From Camelus ferus (Eukaryota), in contig NC_045711.1 in the NCBI RefSeq assembly GCF_009834535.1, positions 20,150,001-20,214,000 on the forward strand: DNA of 64,000 nucleotides. The letters are read 5' to 3'. The position numbers and the translations under genes are program-made. Positions 24,123-37,608 of this stretch are shown here, one piece after another. The notes under the pieces are model-generated. The model did no database searches and had not been told where the DNA came from. It was given only the letters and a program-made list of their open reading frames with translations. Numbering within the stretch: position 1 is the first letter of the stretch; each line of letters begins with the position of its first letter.

Positions 24123-27100
24123 GTGAGGCCCCGCATGGCCGGGTGCGCCTGCCGCCCCAGCCCAGCACCCTCCGGGTTTCCAGGCGTCTTCCGCGGTGTT
24201 TGCGCCATCAGGGCTCTGGTTGTGATGCAGTCGAGGAAGCAGCATTCGTTTCCCTCGTGATGGAGGTCGGAGAAGGCAGGGGAGCAACATTAGCAACAGC
24301 CGGGCCTGGGGCCGCCCTCTACTGCTGGTTCCCAGACAGAGCCGCCGGCCCTGCCCCGGCCCCAAGCCTGAGCTGCTCCTGGCGTCACCAGGACCGGCCT
24401 TTCTGTCGGGTGGTCTCTCCTCCGGTCTGCATCCCCCAGGAGGCCCCCACCCCACTTCTCACCTTTTTTGGGTGTCAATTTCTCAATTGCTCAGGATTCT
24501 GCAGATTCCCCTTCCCCGTCTCCCACTGTTCTCTGGACACAGTGAGCCCTAATCCGCTGCCCCTGACCAGCAGGGCTGAAGCCCAGCTCTGCTCCGCCCA
24601 GAGAGAGCTGCCTGCCGGGAAAGGCGGAGGGCTATTGGCGGTCACCCCAGCAGGCGACCCAGACAGTCCCCGTGTCTCTTGAGGCTGGAACAAAGGAAGC
24701 GAAGTGAAAAATAACCAGGAGAGTTTGGGCAGAAGCTGGCAGACTGGGCTTCTGCCTGAGATTCGTCAGATGCTCATGTGTTTATTTCATCTCGATGTCT
24801 GAGTGCGCTGGAGGAGGGGAGCACTCGCACGCGGTCATGAGGCTGAGGAAGCCGGTGTTTGCAGGAAGTTAACTTCAACTGAGGCAGCCGCCTGGGGCTT
24901 GACGAGGCTCAGGCTGGATGTGTGGGCATCACCCCGGGGCCTCCTGTGTCTGCTCGTCCCCCCGCTGTGGGCTTAAGGTCAATCGGGGGTTCAGGCTGAT
25001 CCACTGCTCACAACCCAGCCTTGCGGTTGCTCTCCCCACACAGCTCCAGTTCCATCGACAACCGTTGCCCAGATGCACTGTTTCATTAGGAGACCAGGGT
25101 TGAGAACTTCAGTGGGTGTAAGGTCATGTGGACATTGCAGAGGGAAAACCGAGGTTTTATGGGGTCGGGGGCAGAGACGATGTGTGTGGAGGAAAGGTGG
25201 GTATGCACAGCAGACAGGGAGGGAGCCCCCGGCAGAGGAAGGGCAGCCCTGCACGTACCAGGAAGAGACGGCACTGGACGGAGCCTGGTTCGGTGGCCAA
25301 GCCTCAAAGATAAGGAAGAAAGTCTTCGGGCAGAGAGAATGAGTCAACAGTGACTCGTGGGGCGGCTGCGGGACAGGGTCCGCGGGCCAGGGCAGCTGTC
25401 AAAGCCGAGGGCCGCTCTTGCATGGACACAGCAAGAAGACGGCCCCGCACGAGGGGCTCCCGGAAGGGGCATCTGCCCCTTGCCCGCGATTTCTCCGGCC
25501 TCTGGCTCAGGACAGCCACATGGTAGAGCCCCGCCGGCCTCTGCCTTCCCCGCCCCCCCTCAGTGCTCGTCAACCCGCCACCTGCCTAGTCACTGTGTTT
25601 GCGTGGGGGGTGGGGGGCTCCTTTGCCGTATCTGAGCTGAGTGGGTGGGAGAGGGTCAGGTTCCTGGACACCCCCCGGTCTCCCCTGTTTTCTGCAGCTC
25701 ATGGACATGGGTTCACCACTGCAGCGATGCAGAAGCACTCCCTTGGGCCCTTCTCAGGTTTATGTCCCTTAGGTATTTGGGGCCGGATAAGGGGCCCCGA
25801 GATGGGGTCTTGGTGGGAGCACGGAGGGAGCCAAGGCTGCGTAGGGTCCAGCACCATGGGCGGTGGTGCTGAGTTCATGTGAGGGTGCGGGGGGGCCTTG
25901 GACCTGTGGCGGCTTGCTGCCCCTCCCTCTGGTCAGCCCACCCCCCAGGGGACGTCTGTTGTCATGGTGATGGGGGTCTAGCTGGGTGCAGGAGGAGAAG
26001 GGGTTTTGGATTTTGTGAGCCTTGATCAAACATGCTGCAGAGATTGGCCTCGGGCCGCTGTGTCCAGTTCCCAAGGTGCCTCCAGGTGTCAATAAAATTG
26101 CTGAAGGCTCTATATTTCTAGACCCGACAGCTTAGGTGAGGGAGGCAGGCTGTGCAGAGGTGCGGTGGGAAGGCACTCAGGGCTGCACCCTGGACTTTGT
26201 CTCTTGCCCCAGACCTGCTCACTGAACGATTCATCAGGCTGGGAAACGTCCTTACGTGACTGAAACTCCTTGCGGTGCACGCCATTGTCTTCACGTGAAG
26301 AAGAGAGCCCATCTCCTGGGCGCCCTTCGTTAGCGAGGAGCCGACTTGTGCGAGTTCTCGCACGACGCCCTTGGAAGCAACACCTGCCTTGCACGTTGTG
26401 GACAGCTAACCCTGCCTCAGAGATCTAAATCAGCATTTAGACAAACTGTAACTCCTCCCGTTGAGAACAGCTTCCTCATAGGACATCCCTTACCCACAAA
26501 AAGTCCTGAGCCGCAGACACCTGCCTGCGGCTGCCTTCCCACTCGACTTCCAGGGCTTCTTAGGGAACAAACGGGGGCTCCCCCTGCTTACGTTACACTC
26601 AGGCGCAGAGGGCCCAGCTCAGACGAGCCCGAAACACAGGTTTCATCCCCCGGGCCCCCTGTGCACTGCCCCGCCGTCTTCCAGGAGGACGTCCCGGCAG
26701 AGGACAGACAGTGTCGGGCTCCCCGAAGCAGGGTCTCCGGAGGGTCCCGTTCACGGGGTCGGACAGGAGGAGGGTGGGCACTAGGGGTGAGGAGCCAGTG
26801 TCTCACGGGACAGGGTCTCAGCCTGGGGGACGAAGAGCTGCTGTGACGGCTCGCGGGGCTGGCAGCACAAGTGTGAACACGCTTCCTGTCCCTGAGCTGT
26901 GCGCTCGGCGGTGGGTAGAGGGGTGCACTGCACGGCTGGCGCATTCCCACAATTTACAAGAGGGCTTGGGGCCCACGTCTGGAGGAAGGGCTCCCTGTGC
27001 CGACGCGGGAGGGGCCTGTTGGTTGGTGGTGGCATGGCCTCCTGGAGTCACCGCCTGTGGGCTGTGCGGGGAGCGGACAGGACCGCGTGGCCGGGGCTCC

Positions 27101-27214
27101 GCAGAGGGCTTCCTGCCGTCAGGAGGGCAGCGCGTGGCCTGGCCCTGGCTGTTCCTGAGGCACGGACGCTCTTGTGAGCAGAGACGGTGACGCGCCCTCG
27201 CGCTTTGCCCGCAG

Positions 27215-27338
27215 GTGACCTATGGGTCCTTTGACTACACCTCACTGCTGTACCTCTCCGACTACCTGGACGACTTTGGCGGCGGGCGGTTCGTGTTCAT
27301 GGACGAGGGGGCCAACAGGACGGTGGAGCCGAGAGCAG
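27215..27338 (+). CDS. OGFOD3: OGFOD3 exon 8 (VTYGSFDYTSLLYLSDYLDDFGGGRFVFMDEGANRTVEPRA)
   Basis: 124 nt, AG/GT boundaries, matches orthologue. Confidence 0.97.
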
Positions 27339-28800
27339 GTGACACGTGGGCAGGACCTTTCCCCGGTGCTGCGTTACAGGGTGTCCACCGAGCCTGCTCC
27401 TCACAGGAGGCGGCGGGTGTGGCCACGGTCACTGTTGTCACCACAGAGCAAGTTCCCAGAGCTGGCCTCCCCTCCATCCCCTGCAGCGACTTGCAGCTTA
27501 AGTCCGGGCAGTGATTCTGACCTAATAATGTTGGAACAGCCCAGGGACTGGCCTCCCTGACCTGGTGGTCCCAGAGCCCCAACTGCCCCCGTCCCAGCGT
27601 GGACACTCAGTGCTGCCCAGCGAGCATGTGTGGAACAATAAATGTCCCCTCTCCTCCCCGGGTCCTGGGGTGGGGAGTGTGGAGGGGGGACTCTTGGGGG
27701 CTTCCTGACGGGCCGCCCAGGCCCCAGCCCATCCCCAGCTGAGACTCGCAGAGCCCTGCCCCTTGGCTTTGGCCTGGGCGCCTCGAATGAGCCGACGCCA
27801 TTCACCTGCTGCCGCAGCTCACCCATCCCCACGGTGTCACCTCCCTGGCTCCTTGGGTGCGTTGCTGTGTCCCCTCCCACCTGGCGGCAGACAGCTCACA
27901 CCAGCAAGGCCATCCACTCATGCTGGTTCAGAGCGTTGCCGTCGGCCAAGGGCCAGTCCTGCAGACCAGTGGGCAGTCCTTGCAGTAGCCCTGGATCCCC
28001 ACAGAAGGTGGCTTGGGCATCAGAAGGCGTAGAAAGGGAATGAAACAGCTCAGGTTTGGCTCTCCTCCCTTGGGGGTGAGCTCCGGAAGTGGGGCCAACC
28101 CGGGGCCAGGTCAGTGGGCAGGGGACTCAGGACGGCCTGCAGCTCCAAGGATTGAATGGACCAAGAGCCAGAGAAGCTGCTGGTGGGAAGCCTGGGTGTC
28201 ACACGCCACGTGCTTCGGGGAGGCATCCAAGGATGCTTGTTGCCAAAGAGGAAAAGGACACGTGGGTTCCAAACCCGAGGTTACTTTGCATTTCTGGTTA
28301 CTAAGTGGCCGAGCTAAATCCTGCTTTAAAGAAGCGGGTGATAATCTAATTGTTTACTGAAGGGGAAAAGCCAGAAAGCACCCTTTCTGAGCCTGGAAGT
28401 TTCACCTTTCTGGAGCTAGGTGGGCCGTCCCCTGTGTGAATGTCACGAGTCTGTCTTTGCTCCCGCCGTGTGGGCAGAGTTACTGTTGAAGCGTCATCAC
28501 CCTTCCAGGTTCGGTTTTGCTTCACGTGTGATTAGTGTGATTAGAAATAAGACCCTGAGGTGGGCCCTGAAAGGCCGTGAGCAGAGGGCGTACCCCCGCG
28601 TCCTGGCCGCCCCGCAGAGAGCTCCGCAGGCTGGACTGGGCGCTGCGCCCCTTGTCCTGCACGAGAGTTGGCCTGCTGGTTCGTCTCCGACCCCCTCCTT
28701 CCCGCCAGGTTTGTTCTGTCGGCTCCTTAGGACTGCTGCGTCCTCGGAGGGCCCGGGCCGCCGCGGCCTGACGGTCCCGCCTCTGCTCTCCTCTCCCCAG

Positions 28801-28937
28801 GTCGGGTGTCCTTCTTCACCTCGGGGTCCGAGAACCTGCACCGGGTGGAGAAGGTCTGCTGGGGCACGCGCTATGCCATCACCATCGCCTTCACCTGCAA
28901 CCCCGACCACAGCATCGCAGACCCCGCGCTCACGTAG
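28801..28937 (+). CDS. OGFOD3: OGFOD3 exon 9, terminal (GRVSFFTSGSENLHRVEKVCWGTRYAITIAFTCNPDHSIADPALT*)
   Basis: Acceptor ends at 28800; TAG at 28935-28937; distal His (NLHRV) and 2OG-binding Arg (GTRY) present. The spliced CDS totals 315 aa with no frameshift. Confidence 0.97.
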
Positions 28938-30714
28938 CCGGGCCTGTCCACGCCGCCCTGCCAGGAAGCAGCTCCTGTGGACACGCCCCGATCCCGCCCA
29001 CTCAGCCCGTTCCCGCTGAACAAGGTGCCTTACGAATCACCCCAAGTTTTGATTTGCTAACATTCGGTCATTTTTCATCCGAGAGTAAATAGAGGGGAGT
29101 AGATTATCCTCCCAAGGTCAGGGTTGCCTGCTGTGCCGAACTCGGGGCTGGGAGCCAGCAGCCGCCACGCCCTCCGTCCTCAGGAAGAGCCCCTGTGCCC
29201 CGTGGGTATTCCCTGCCCGTCAGCAGATGAAGGGTCATCCTGGCCACTGAGGACCAACCTAAGTGTGGACAGAGCCAGGTAGGGCCAGCAGCCTCCGCTC
29301 ACAAAGCAGAATCAGCAACCCTGACACCCTGGGGAAGGTTCTGGGTCAGGCGGCTCTCAGAGCAGCAGCGGGAGGGCTGGGAGAGCTGGTGCTGCTGGGT
29401 TCCCAGCAGAGGGGACGTCTGGGCACATCCCCCAGTGCTGCCAGCCCCCGAGAGCCGCCTGGCACCGTATTTCTGCCAGCCTGGCTCTGCCGCATCACCG
29501 GCCGGGGTCTGAATTTGTTCCCAGCGCGACCATCCGCCCACTGCCCAGTTGAGGGTCTGTCTGCTCAGGTTCAGATCTTGGCACTCTCTTCTCGTCCCAG
29601 TGCCATCCCCACCTTTCACATAAAAGTGATGGTCAGGGGAGCCAGGAATAGTAAATAGACCAGCCTGGGGGAGGCCTGGACAGCAAGGCCCAGGGAGAGG
29701 GGCACATCCATCAGTCAGCTCCTGCCACGGCCGGGCCAGTCCCAGGGCAGCCCCACAAAGCAACTGGTCTGGAGTTTGGGCACCTCCTGGGAGAAGGGCT
29801 GATCACCCCTCACCCACCGTGCATGCAAACAGAGCTCCAGGCGTGGCTGTGGGTGCAGGGCCCTTTGGGCCCCCCTGACCCAGCATGGACGTGTGGACGT
29901 GTGGACATGTGCCCCCAGTGCTGGAGGAGGCTGCAGCCCCGGCCACCACACTCTGCAGCCACAGAGATGCTTGGGGCTTGTGAAGAGAGGGGCGGTGGTC
30001 GCGGGTCCTGGGATGAGCTGTCCTGAGGCCCCTGAGGCTGCACGAGGGTCTGGAAGCCGGGGCCCCCAGCTCTGTACTGCGGTTTGCTCAGGGTCCCTCC
30101 TGCACCCTGGGCGACGATGTGCGGACCTCAGGGCTGTGAAGGCAGGCGGTGGTGTGGGATGGGCTCCACCCAGGTGACGGCAGCAGGTTCCAGGAAGGCG
30201 GGTCACCCCTCGCCGTGGGAGCCTGCGTCCTGGTTCCCGTTTTTAAAGGACGTGGGTCCATCTGGGGAGGATGAAGGCCGGGCTCCGGTAGCCGGCAGGG
30301 CTGACCTTTGAGGTCGGCGATGCCTCAGAGACACTGTCTCTAGGTTGGAGTGGCTTCTCCGTCTTGTGCAGGAAAAGCTGCCCCACCCCCTGGTTGTCCT
30401 CTGGCTTCTCCTGTCTGGACTTCTCAGAGGTCTGTGGCTCTGGCCGAGGGTTGGGACGCTTCGAATTCTGACAGAGGAAAGCCCCGGGAAGCCTCCCCTT
30501 GCTCCATAACCTTCGAGTTACTTGAATGACGCCCTCCCCTGGTCTGAGGGCCTGAGGACAGGCAGGCGGCCTCGGGTGCTCCCCGTCTAAGGAGGGGGGT
30601 CTGATGATCGGGTGGTGGGTGACATGCTTTCGAAGTAAGTAAGGTGTTGGTTTTAATTGACATTCTTTGCTACTTACCCTGTTCACAATAATCACAGAGG
30701 TACTTGGACAAAGA

Positions 30715-30720
30715 AATAAA
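30715..30720 (+). terminator. Candidate OGFOD3 polyadenylation signal (AATAAA)
   Basis: First canonical AATAAA I found downstream of the stop codon, followed by a U-rich stretch; implies a 3' UTR of about 1.8 kb. Confidence 0.45.
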
Positions 30721-33700
30721 GATATTCGGGCAAAAGCAAGAATGCCTTTCTTTTAAAGTGGAAAGCAGCATGCTGCCCAGGAGGCGCCTGTGCACATGAC
30801 CGGCGGCCCCCCGGAGCGCGCACCCGTGGCCACGTGGGCTCCTGGTCCTGCCAGCAGGTCCCCACCGGGGCGGACACGGTCTGCTCCCGGGAGAAGTAGG
30901 CGTCTTGGGATGTCCTCTGTTGAGGACTTAATTCCTAGAGAAAGTGTTTAGTCTGAATCAAAGAGCCTGAGCCTTGGTCTCTGCTGGAAGGAGGGTTCCC
31001 ACTCTGGCCCCCCCGGCGGGCCAGCAGCACCCCAAGTCCCGCCCTCTTAATTGCAGGCCCGCTTCACCCTGTGCTTCCCCCTCCAGCAGGCTCTTCACAC
31101 CGGGAGCGGCGACCGAGCCGCCGGCCCCCACCCGCCCTCACGCCCCACCAGCAGCACTGACTCCTGAGAGCATCTTGTGGGCTTGCACGTTTTCCTCACG
31201 TGATCTCAGGAGGCGGTCCTGGCCCCCAGCCCCCAAGTGGCGGTGTCTGCTCGGGCGCCCCCGCCAGGGTACCGGCTCATTTCCCCTCTGGAGTCACAGT
31301 GTCCCAGCGCCTCCCACGCCTCCTAGCGGTCTCACAGGGACGAGGAAGCTGGGGACACATCTGCTCGTCCCGGACACTGGAGGCCGAGGACCCAACCGCC
31401 CAGCAATGTGAGTCCTGCGTGCACGTGACGCAGCTCTTCCTGGTCCCACTTTAACATTCCTTCCATCTCAGCACCTTTGGGGCCAAGCAGATCCCAACAG
31501 AATTGGGGGTGCAGGTGATCCCCCATTCCCGAGAAGGCCAGTGCAGGCTCTGGGAGGGCAGGGCACCTCTCCCACACTGCAGCGTGGGGGTTATGGCTAC
31601 CAGCCCTCATCCCAGTGGACACACAGATGGGGCTCGGATCCTTGCTGCAGTCACACACCTGGCCAGGTGCTCCAACTTGAGCCCCGCCCCTGCCAGCCAG
31701 CCCTGGGTTGCTGGTGCTTGCAGTCATTCACCTGTTTCCTCCCATGCCCCTCAGTAAAGAACAGACGGCTGGGGAGGGCCTCAGAAAGGAGCCCATTCCT
31801 GGAAAATCCCAGTAAGCCAGGAGGAGGAAGAGGGAGGGAGGACGAAGGAGGAGGCAGGCAGGGCACCATCTGGGGTCTCTGCACACGAGGGTGGGTCCTG
31901 GACGAAGACCTCCTCCCCAGAAGAGGGGGCCACGTGCTTACCCTTGCTGCCCTCCCAGGGTCCCCGGCCCCCAGCCAGTCCTCCCTGCCCACCCCAGGCA
32001 GCCTCCCCTCCCCTGGCTCTTACCGGTAGGGGCTGCGAGGCTAGCAGTTCTTGTGGGAGAGGGGGACGTGGCAGAGAGATGAGGGCCGTGCAGAACAGGG
32101 TGGTCAGTGCAGGATGGGGCTGTGGCCGCTGTTCCTGGGGGACTCCTGCCCTCCACGCCCCACCTGCGCCTCAGAGCCCTGGCTGAGGCCTCACGTCCAA
32201 GGTGGGTGGGTGTTTCCTCTGGCCTGGCTTCAGGCACACACCCCCTCAGAGCGGGGCCCAGACCCCTCAGCTGGTCAGGACCCGCCCATGAGGCCCCAGC
32301 TGGTGCCCCGACCTCGCAGTCAGGTGGGCACGCAGCTCACATTGCTCCTTCAGCACCTCCCCCTACCCCTAAATCACCCACCCTGGGACCAACTCCTGGC
32401 CACATCTCTGGTGGAGAAGTCTTCTGGCCCCCGGCTCCTGTGGCCTAGCCTGGCATGTCGTGGGGCTCACATGGTCCACCCCAGCTCTGCCCAGTTGCCA
32501 TGGGCTGGGGGGTGGAGCAGGATGAGGGGAGGGACCGAGGGGGTTGGGAGGCCGCGGGTGGAGATGGAGGTCCCCCACCCCATCAGGCCCAGGCCCAGGT
32601 CCAGCCTTGGCTCGCCCAGCCCCAGGGAGGAATCTTGGCCCAAGGCAGCAGCTCTGATGCCCAGGCAGCCTCGATATTTCATGCTGACACATATTTTTGG
32701 GGTGAGACTAGGCTCTGGGCTTTCAATCACGCTGTGGGGCACCCGAGGCCACCGAGGGCAAAGGACGGCAGGACCCACGAGCTGAGGGCAGGTGCTCCCT
32801 GCTCGACACACCCCGTGGGTCCCTGGTGGCCTGGTTCCTCTGCTGTGGAGCAGGAATAAGAGAATTCTGTAAAAAAGATGACCCAATGGTGAGCTTGCCG
32901 AGGGGGCCACCTGGGGGCCAGGGAATCTGCACACGGAGGGAGGGCAGGGAGGGGCTGGAACACCGGGCTGGAGTCCTCAGGCTACCGACTGCCCCAGTGG
33001 CCTCCCGGCTCTGACCTGGCTCAGCACTCAGGCCTCAGTATCCACAGCTCCAGGAGGGGAAGGTGGCAGGACAGAGCTGTCTAGCCCAGACGCCTGCCCT
33101 GGGCAGCTCAGGGGACAAGGTTTCCCTCTGGGGCCTCGCCCAGCCCAAGCAGAACTAGGGCTGGGCCCTCAGCCGGCCTGGAAAAGGCCAGAGTCTGGGG
33201 CTCCTGGCTGCTGGCCGTTGGCGGCCTTCAGGCTTTCTGCTCGGAGCATCATCCATCTGGAATTCCAATGGAAAAACCTGCTCCTGCAGGTGGCCCCTTT
33301 GGCTCCCAGGTTCCTGGTTTGGTGGTTGGCGGGTGTCTGGGGTGCAGGCTAGACTCTGGCCACCCCCAGGCCCTTGCATAGGATGGGGGCTCCCACCTTC
33401 TGCTGGCTGAGCCCCCCCATTTCTCTTGCCTGGTGGAGGAGCAAGGGAGGGAGAGAGCTGACTGCTTTCTCTATGGCGAAAAGGAGCCCCAGTGTCTCCT
33501 GCCCCCAAGGCTGGCCCTCCAGGTGACCCGGGCCAGGCACACCTGTCAGCTGGGCATGCTCAGATGTGGACTCAGGGAAGAGTTCAGGTCTCTGCAAACT
33601 GGCTGGGCCACCCTCCCAGGCAGGGCCATTGTCACTGCAGTCACCCACGATCCCAGGCAGCGACCCCTAGAGCTCCATTTGGTGAGGGCGGTCTACTAAA

Positions 33701-36035
33701 GCAGAGAGCTCCCTGGGCAGGTAAACAGTGGTGTCTACTGGTTGTCGGTGCAAGTCAGTCCCAAATAATGAGCTCCTGGAAAAACCAGGAGTAGGAGAAG
33801 CTTTGGACTGTGTCAATTCTTTGTTGATAAATAATTTATACAAAGTGCAGCAGCCCTGGGTGTGCAGCCCGGTGACACGTGCTCTGTAAGTCCTCCTTGC
33901 GAGAGCTGGGCGCTGCCCCTACCCCCCAGCCCCAGCCTTGCTGAAGAGCCTCAGAGGGTGGGAGGGTGGGGCTGGGGGCACAGGCTCCTGGACTGGGCCA
34001 GGCCATGCTCCTGGGCCTGAAAGCGCCCACGGGTCAGCAGCCAGTCCCAGCCAAGCCTGAGTCTCCTGGAGACTGACTGGCCTGCGGGGCATCTGATAAA
34101 CCGATCACCCGATTACTTGCCATCCCAGCGTGGATGCCCAGCCTCCTGTGAATGTGGCTGTGAACTCGCCGGCTTCTGGCTCCTTCTCACCTCCCACCAA
34201 CCCCCTCCCCCCCACCTGCAGGAAGACAGAAGGCAGAATAAGAGACAGCAGTGAGACCCCGGTGGAGGGACACGGGTCATCCATCCATTCATTCCTTCCC
34301 TGCTGGGAGCTGGCCACCACTGTCCTGGTCCCAGGCCCCCCGCTTGCCTAGGACACCATCCCCACTCCACCTTTCTGCTGTAGGAACTGAGGGGCGTGGA
34401 GGGTGGGGCGACTCAGGGAAGAGGGTGCAGGGGCTGGGGATGAGGCGCTGAGCCACTTCCTTCAGAGCACCCCCGTGCATATCCTGCGGGTCCGGCTTCT
34501 CCGGAGCTCCCTGACTCATGAACGTCCCAAGACTGGATGGTGGTGACAGCTGTGCGGCTCTGTCATTTGAAAGTCACTACTTGCAGTTTAAGCAGATGAG
34601 TTTTTTTGGCGCATAACTGCCCAATAAATCGGCCACATTTGACAGGTGCCCAGAGTCTGTTCCAGCCACACGCACGCTTGCCCGGGTCGACCCCTCACTC
34701 CGGGCCTCCGCGGTCCAGCTTGCCGAGGGCCAGGCACCGTGCCTGGTGGGTCCTGAGCCAGACCAGGCCTCCATGAATCTCCCATCCCAGCCCCCAGCTG
34801 GGGGTGGGTCCTGGGGGCGGGGGGAGGAGGGCGGGGCTTTGGGCGGTGGATGCAGGGAGACGGGCAGAGCCCCAGCGGGCTGGGTGGTTTCCCCCAGCTG
34901 TGAGTGGGTGCCCGTGCGGAGGTGTGAGAGCGTGTGAGTGTGCACGTGTGTGTGTGTGACGCTCTCAGGGAGTCACTGTGAGGCTCCCCGGAGGCTGGCA
35001 GGACAGCAGGCACTGCCAGGTGGGAGGTGGGCGGGCAGCCCCTGCAGGTGTCCCCAGGCCTGGCAAAGCTCCCCCTGCCTGACCAGAGTGTTAAACAGGG
35101 AAGCTAGGTCTTAAGTTTGGGGCCAAAAATGTAACTTCTTCAGCATGGCTCCAAGAAACAGTGCAACGAGCATTCATACCTTGCAGGTGAATGGGGGCTG
35201 CAGGACAGTTCTGGGGGTCTCTGTTCTCCAAGGCCGGGGCCTTCTTGGCGCACCTGGAATCAGGATTTGGAAAGCAGAGGTCTTAGTCAAGGTACAAACT
35301 TCGGACTGTTTTCTTCCTGAAGTACTTGGGGTCCCAAGTGGGGCCGATGGCCTCAGACCCCATACTTTGGGGCCAGTGGAGGGGTGTGGCAGCAGGCCTC
35401 CACCCGCCCGCATGTTAGGATCCTGTCGGGGCCTTGAAAGGGGTCCAGGAGGAACCTGGTCGGCAGAGTCTGGTAAGACTGGGACTGAGTGGGAGCTGGG
35501 GCCACACTGTGGAGGGTATGGGCCACGGGGGTGAGGGGGTGGGAGAGGTCCAGGACCCTTCCTTGTTGGGGGGTTCTCTGTGGGCAGGGCCCAGTGGTCT
35601 TGGTGTCCCCAGGAGGCCCAGCTCAATGCTGCACTCAGGAGGCACAAGATGAGCCCCTGCATGAACTGTAGGACCTGACCCCACCCTCACCCCCACCCCA
35701 AGGTCTGGGGAGGGAAAGGCAGGGGAGCTGCCAGTGGGAGAGTAATCCTGGCTGGGGGTTTCAGTCTGGGTCCTGTGTTCCCGCCCTACAGTGATGCCCC
35801 CAGCTGCCCCTCCTCCCTGAGCCGGCTCCCTGCCTCCCTCCATGGCTTCAGGCCCCACTCCCAGGGCCGGGCTCAGGCAGGAGGGCACCTGCCCAGAGTC
35901 AGGACGGCTGGACGTCCACCCTCCCCAGCCAGAACAATGGGCTTCTCCAGGTGCTGGAGGCGTCCTGGGGGGTCCTGCCTCCCTCGGTGGCCCACCCGCA
36001 GGTCTGAGACAGGACAAGATTCAAAGAGCTCCGGG

Positions 36036-36041
36036 TTTATT
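36036..36041 (-). terminator. Candidate UTS2R polyadenylation signal (AATAAA on minus)
   Basis: TTTATT on the plus strand about 460 nt past the UTS2R stop codon. Confidence 0.6.
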
Positions 36042-36501
36042 GTTCCGGGTGCTGAAGCTTCGGGGGATGGAGCCACATGGGAGCCGGGAGGGATGGGGTC
36101 AGGGCCAGGTGCCACCGGGGCCACGCCTGGGGCCAGGAGGAGGGTCCTCTGTAGGCAGCCTGTGTGCCTACACAGTGTCACGTGCCACAGCGTGCCCCAC
36201 CACGGGTCAGGCAGGCACGGGCAGGGCACTCACATCTGCTGGGCTGGGCAAGACCCCACTCACTGTGGTCCTCAGAAGCCGGTCCTGGGCCTCAGCCTCC
36301 CGCAGACCCTCCCACAGACCCTTCCAGAGGACGGGGTGGGGGACTTCTGGGCATTACAGGCAAGGCGGCTGGGCTGATGGAGCTGAAGTGAGCCATGGCG
36401 GGGGGGAGGGCAGGGGACTTTCTGGAAGAGGACTGACGAAGGGGGCAGTCACTAGGTGGGGTGCTGCAGGAGTGACCTGGGCTCTGGGGGAGGCTGGACA
36501 C

Positions 36502-37608
36502 TCAGGCGCAGAGCCCCCCGGGGGCTGCCTGGGACAGCGCGATGGCCTCGGTGCCTTGCTGGCTGCTGGAGGACAGGGAGCGGCCGGAGCCGCGCTGGCA
36601 GGGGGTGTGGCCCCGCGGGAAGGTGCGGGCGCCCGCTGGCCCCCCGATGCCCCTGCCCGGGAGCGAGCGCTGGCGGTAGTCGCGGTAGTTCTTGGTGAGC
36701 AGCGTGTAGAGGAAGGGGTTCACGCAGCTGTTGCCGTAGGTGAGGCAGGTGGTCAGGTAGTTGACGATGCGGGCGGCGCGGGGCGTGAGCGGCTGGGCCC
36801 CGCGGTACTGGGCCAGGAGCTGCCACAGCCAGAAGGGCAGGAAGCAGGCCCAGAAGAGCAGCACGATGCCCAGGATGAGGTACAGCACCCGGGGGTTGGG
36901 CAGCCGCCGCGTCTCAGTGAAGGAGGCCCTCTGCGACAGCCAGTAGGCCCGGGCCAGGCGCACGTAGAGCAGCCCGATGAGCACACCGGGCCCCACGATG
37001 CTGGTCCCGAAGAGCAGCGTCAGGTAGGCGCGGTGGGCGCGCGGGCCCCAGGCTGGCAGGCAGAGGCTCTTGTGGCCCCGGCGGACCAGCCGGATGGCCA
37101 GCGTCATGGGCAGCGCCAGCAGCAGTGCCAGCAGCCACGTGCCCAGCGCCAGGACCTTGCGGTAGCCCTTGGAGCGCTGCACGGCGTCCAGCGGCCTGGC
37201 CACGGCGGCATAGCGCTCGCTGCTCATGAGGGTCAGGGTGAAGATGCTGGCGTGCATGGTCAGGAAGTCCAGGCTGAAGAGGACGCGGCAGCCCACGTCG
37301 CCGAAGTGCCAGTCCTTGGTGATGTAGGTGGCCACGATGAAGGGGATGCTGAGCAGGTAGAGCAGGTCAGCCAGTGCCAGGTTGACGACGTAGACGTACA
37401 TGGAGGCCGAGGCACGCAGGAAGCGGAACACGACCGCCAGTGTGTACACGTTGCCGGCCACGCCCACCACGCCCATGGCCGAGAGCACCACCCCGATGCA
37501 GCCCGTGGCCACCAGGTCTTCCAGGGAGCTGGGCTCCGTCGGGCTGGCCCACGAGCTGTTGAGGGAGGCGTTGGGGGTGCCAGGTGTCTGGGGCACGGTG
37601 CTGCCCAT
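36502..37608 (-). CDS. UTS2R: Urotensin-2 receptor (class A GPCR), single coding exon. 368 aa from the first ATG (GCCACCATGG, 37608); 384 aa if initiated at the ancestral-position ACG at 37656.
   Basis: Seven hydrophobic segments; NLALADLLY (TM2), LDFLTMHAS (ligand-binding Asp in TM3), ERY, CFLPFW, NPFLY motifs; N-terminal [24 protein letters not shown] is typical of UTS2R. Confidence 0.97.
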   Translation of the reverse strand: MGSTVPQTPGTPNASLNSSWASPTEPSSLEDLVATGCIGVVLSAMGVVGVAGNVYTLAVVFRFLRASASMYVYVVNLALADLLYLLSIPFIVATYITKDWHFGDVGCRVLFSLDFLTMHASIFTLTLMSSERYAAVARPLDAVQRSKGYRKVLALGTWLLALLLALPMTLAIRLVRRGHKSLCLPAWGPRAHRAYLTLLFGTSIVGPGVLIGLLYVRLARAYWLSQRASFTETRRLPNPRVLYLILGIVLLFWACFLPFWLWQLLAQYRGAQPLTPRAARIVNYLTTCLTYGNSCVNPFLYTLLTKNYRDYRQRSLPGRGIGGPAGARTFPRGHTPCQRGSGRSLSSSSQQGTEAIALSQAAPGGLCA

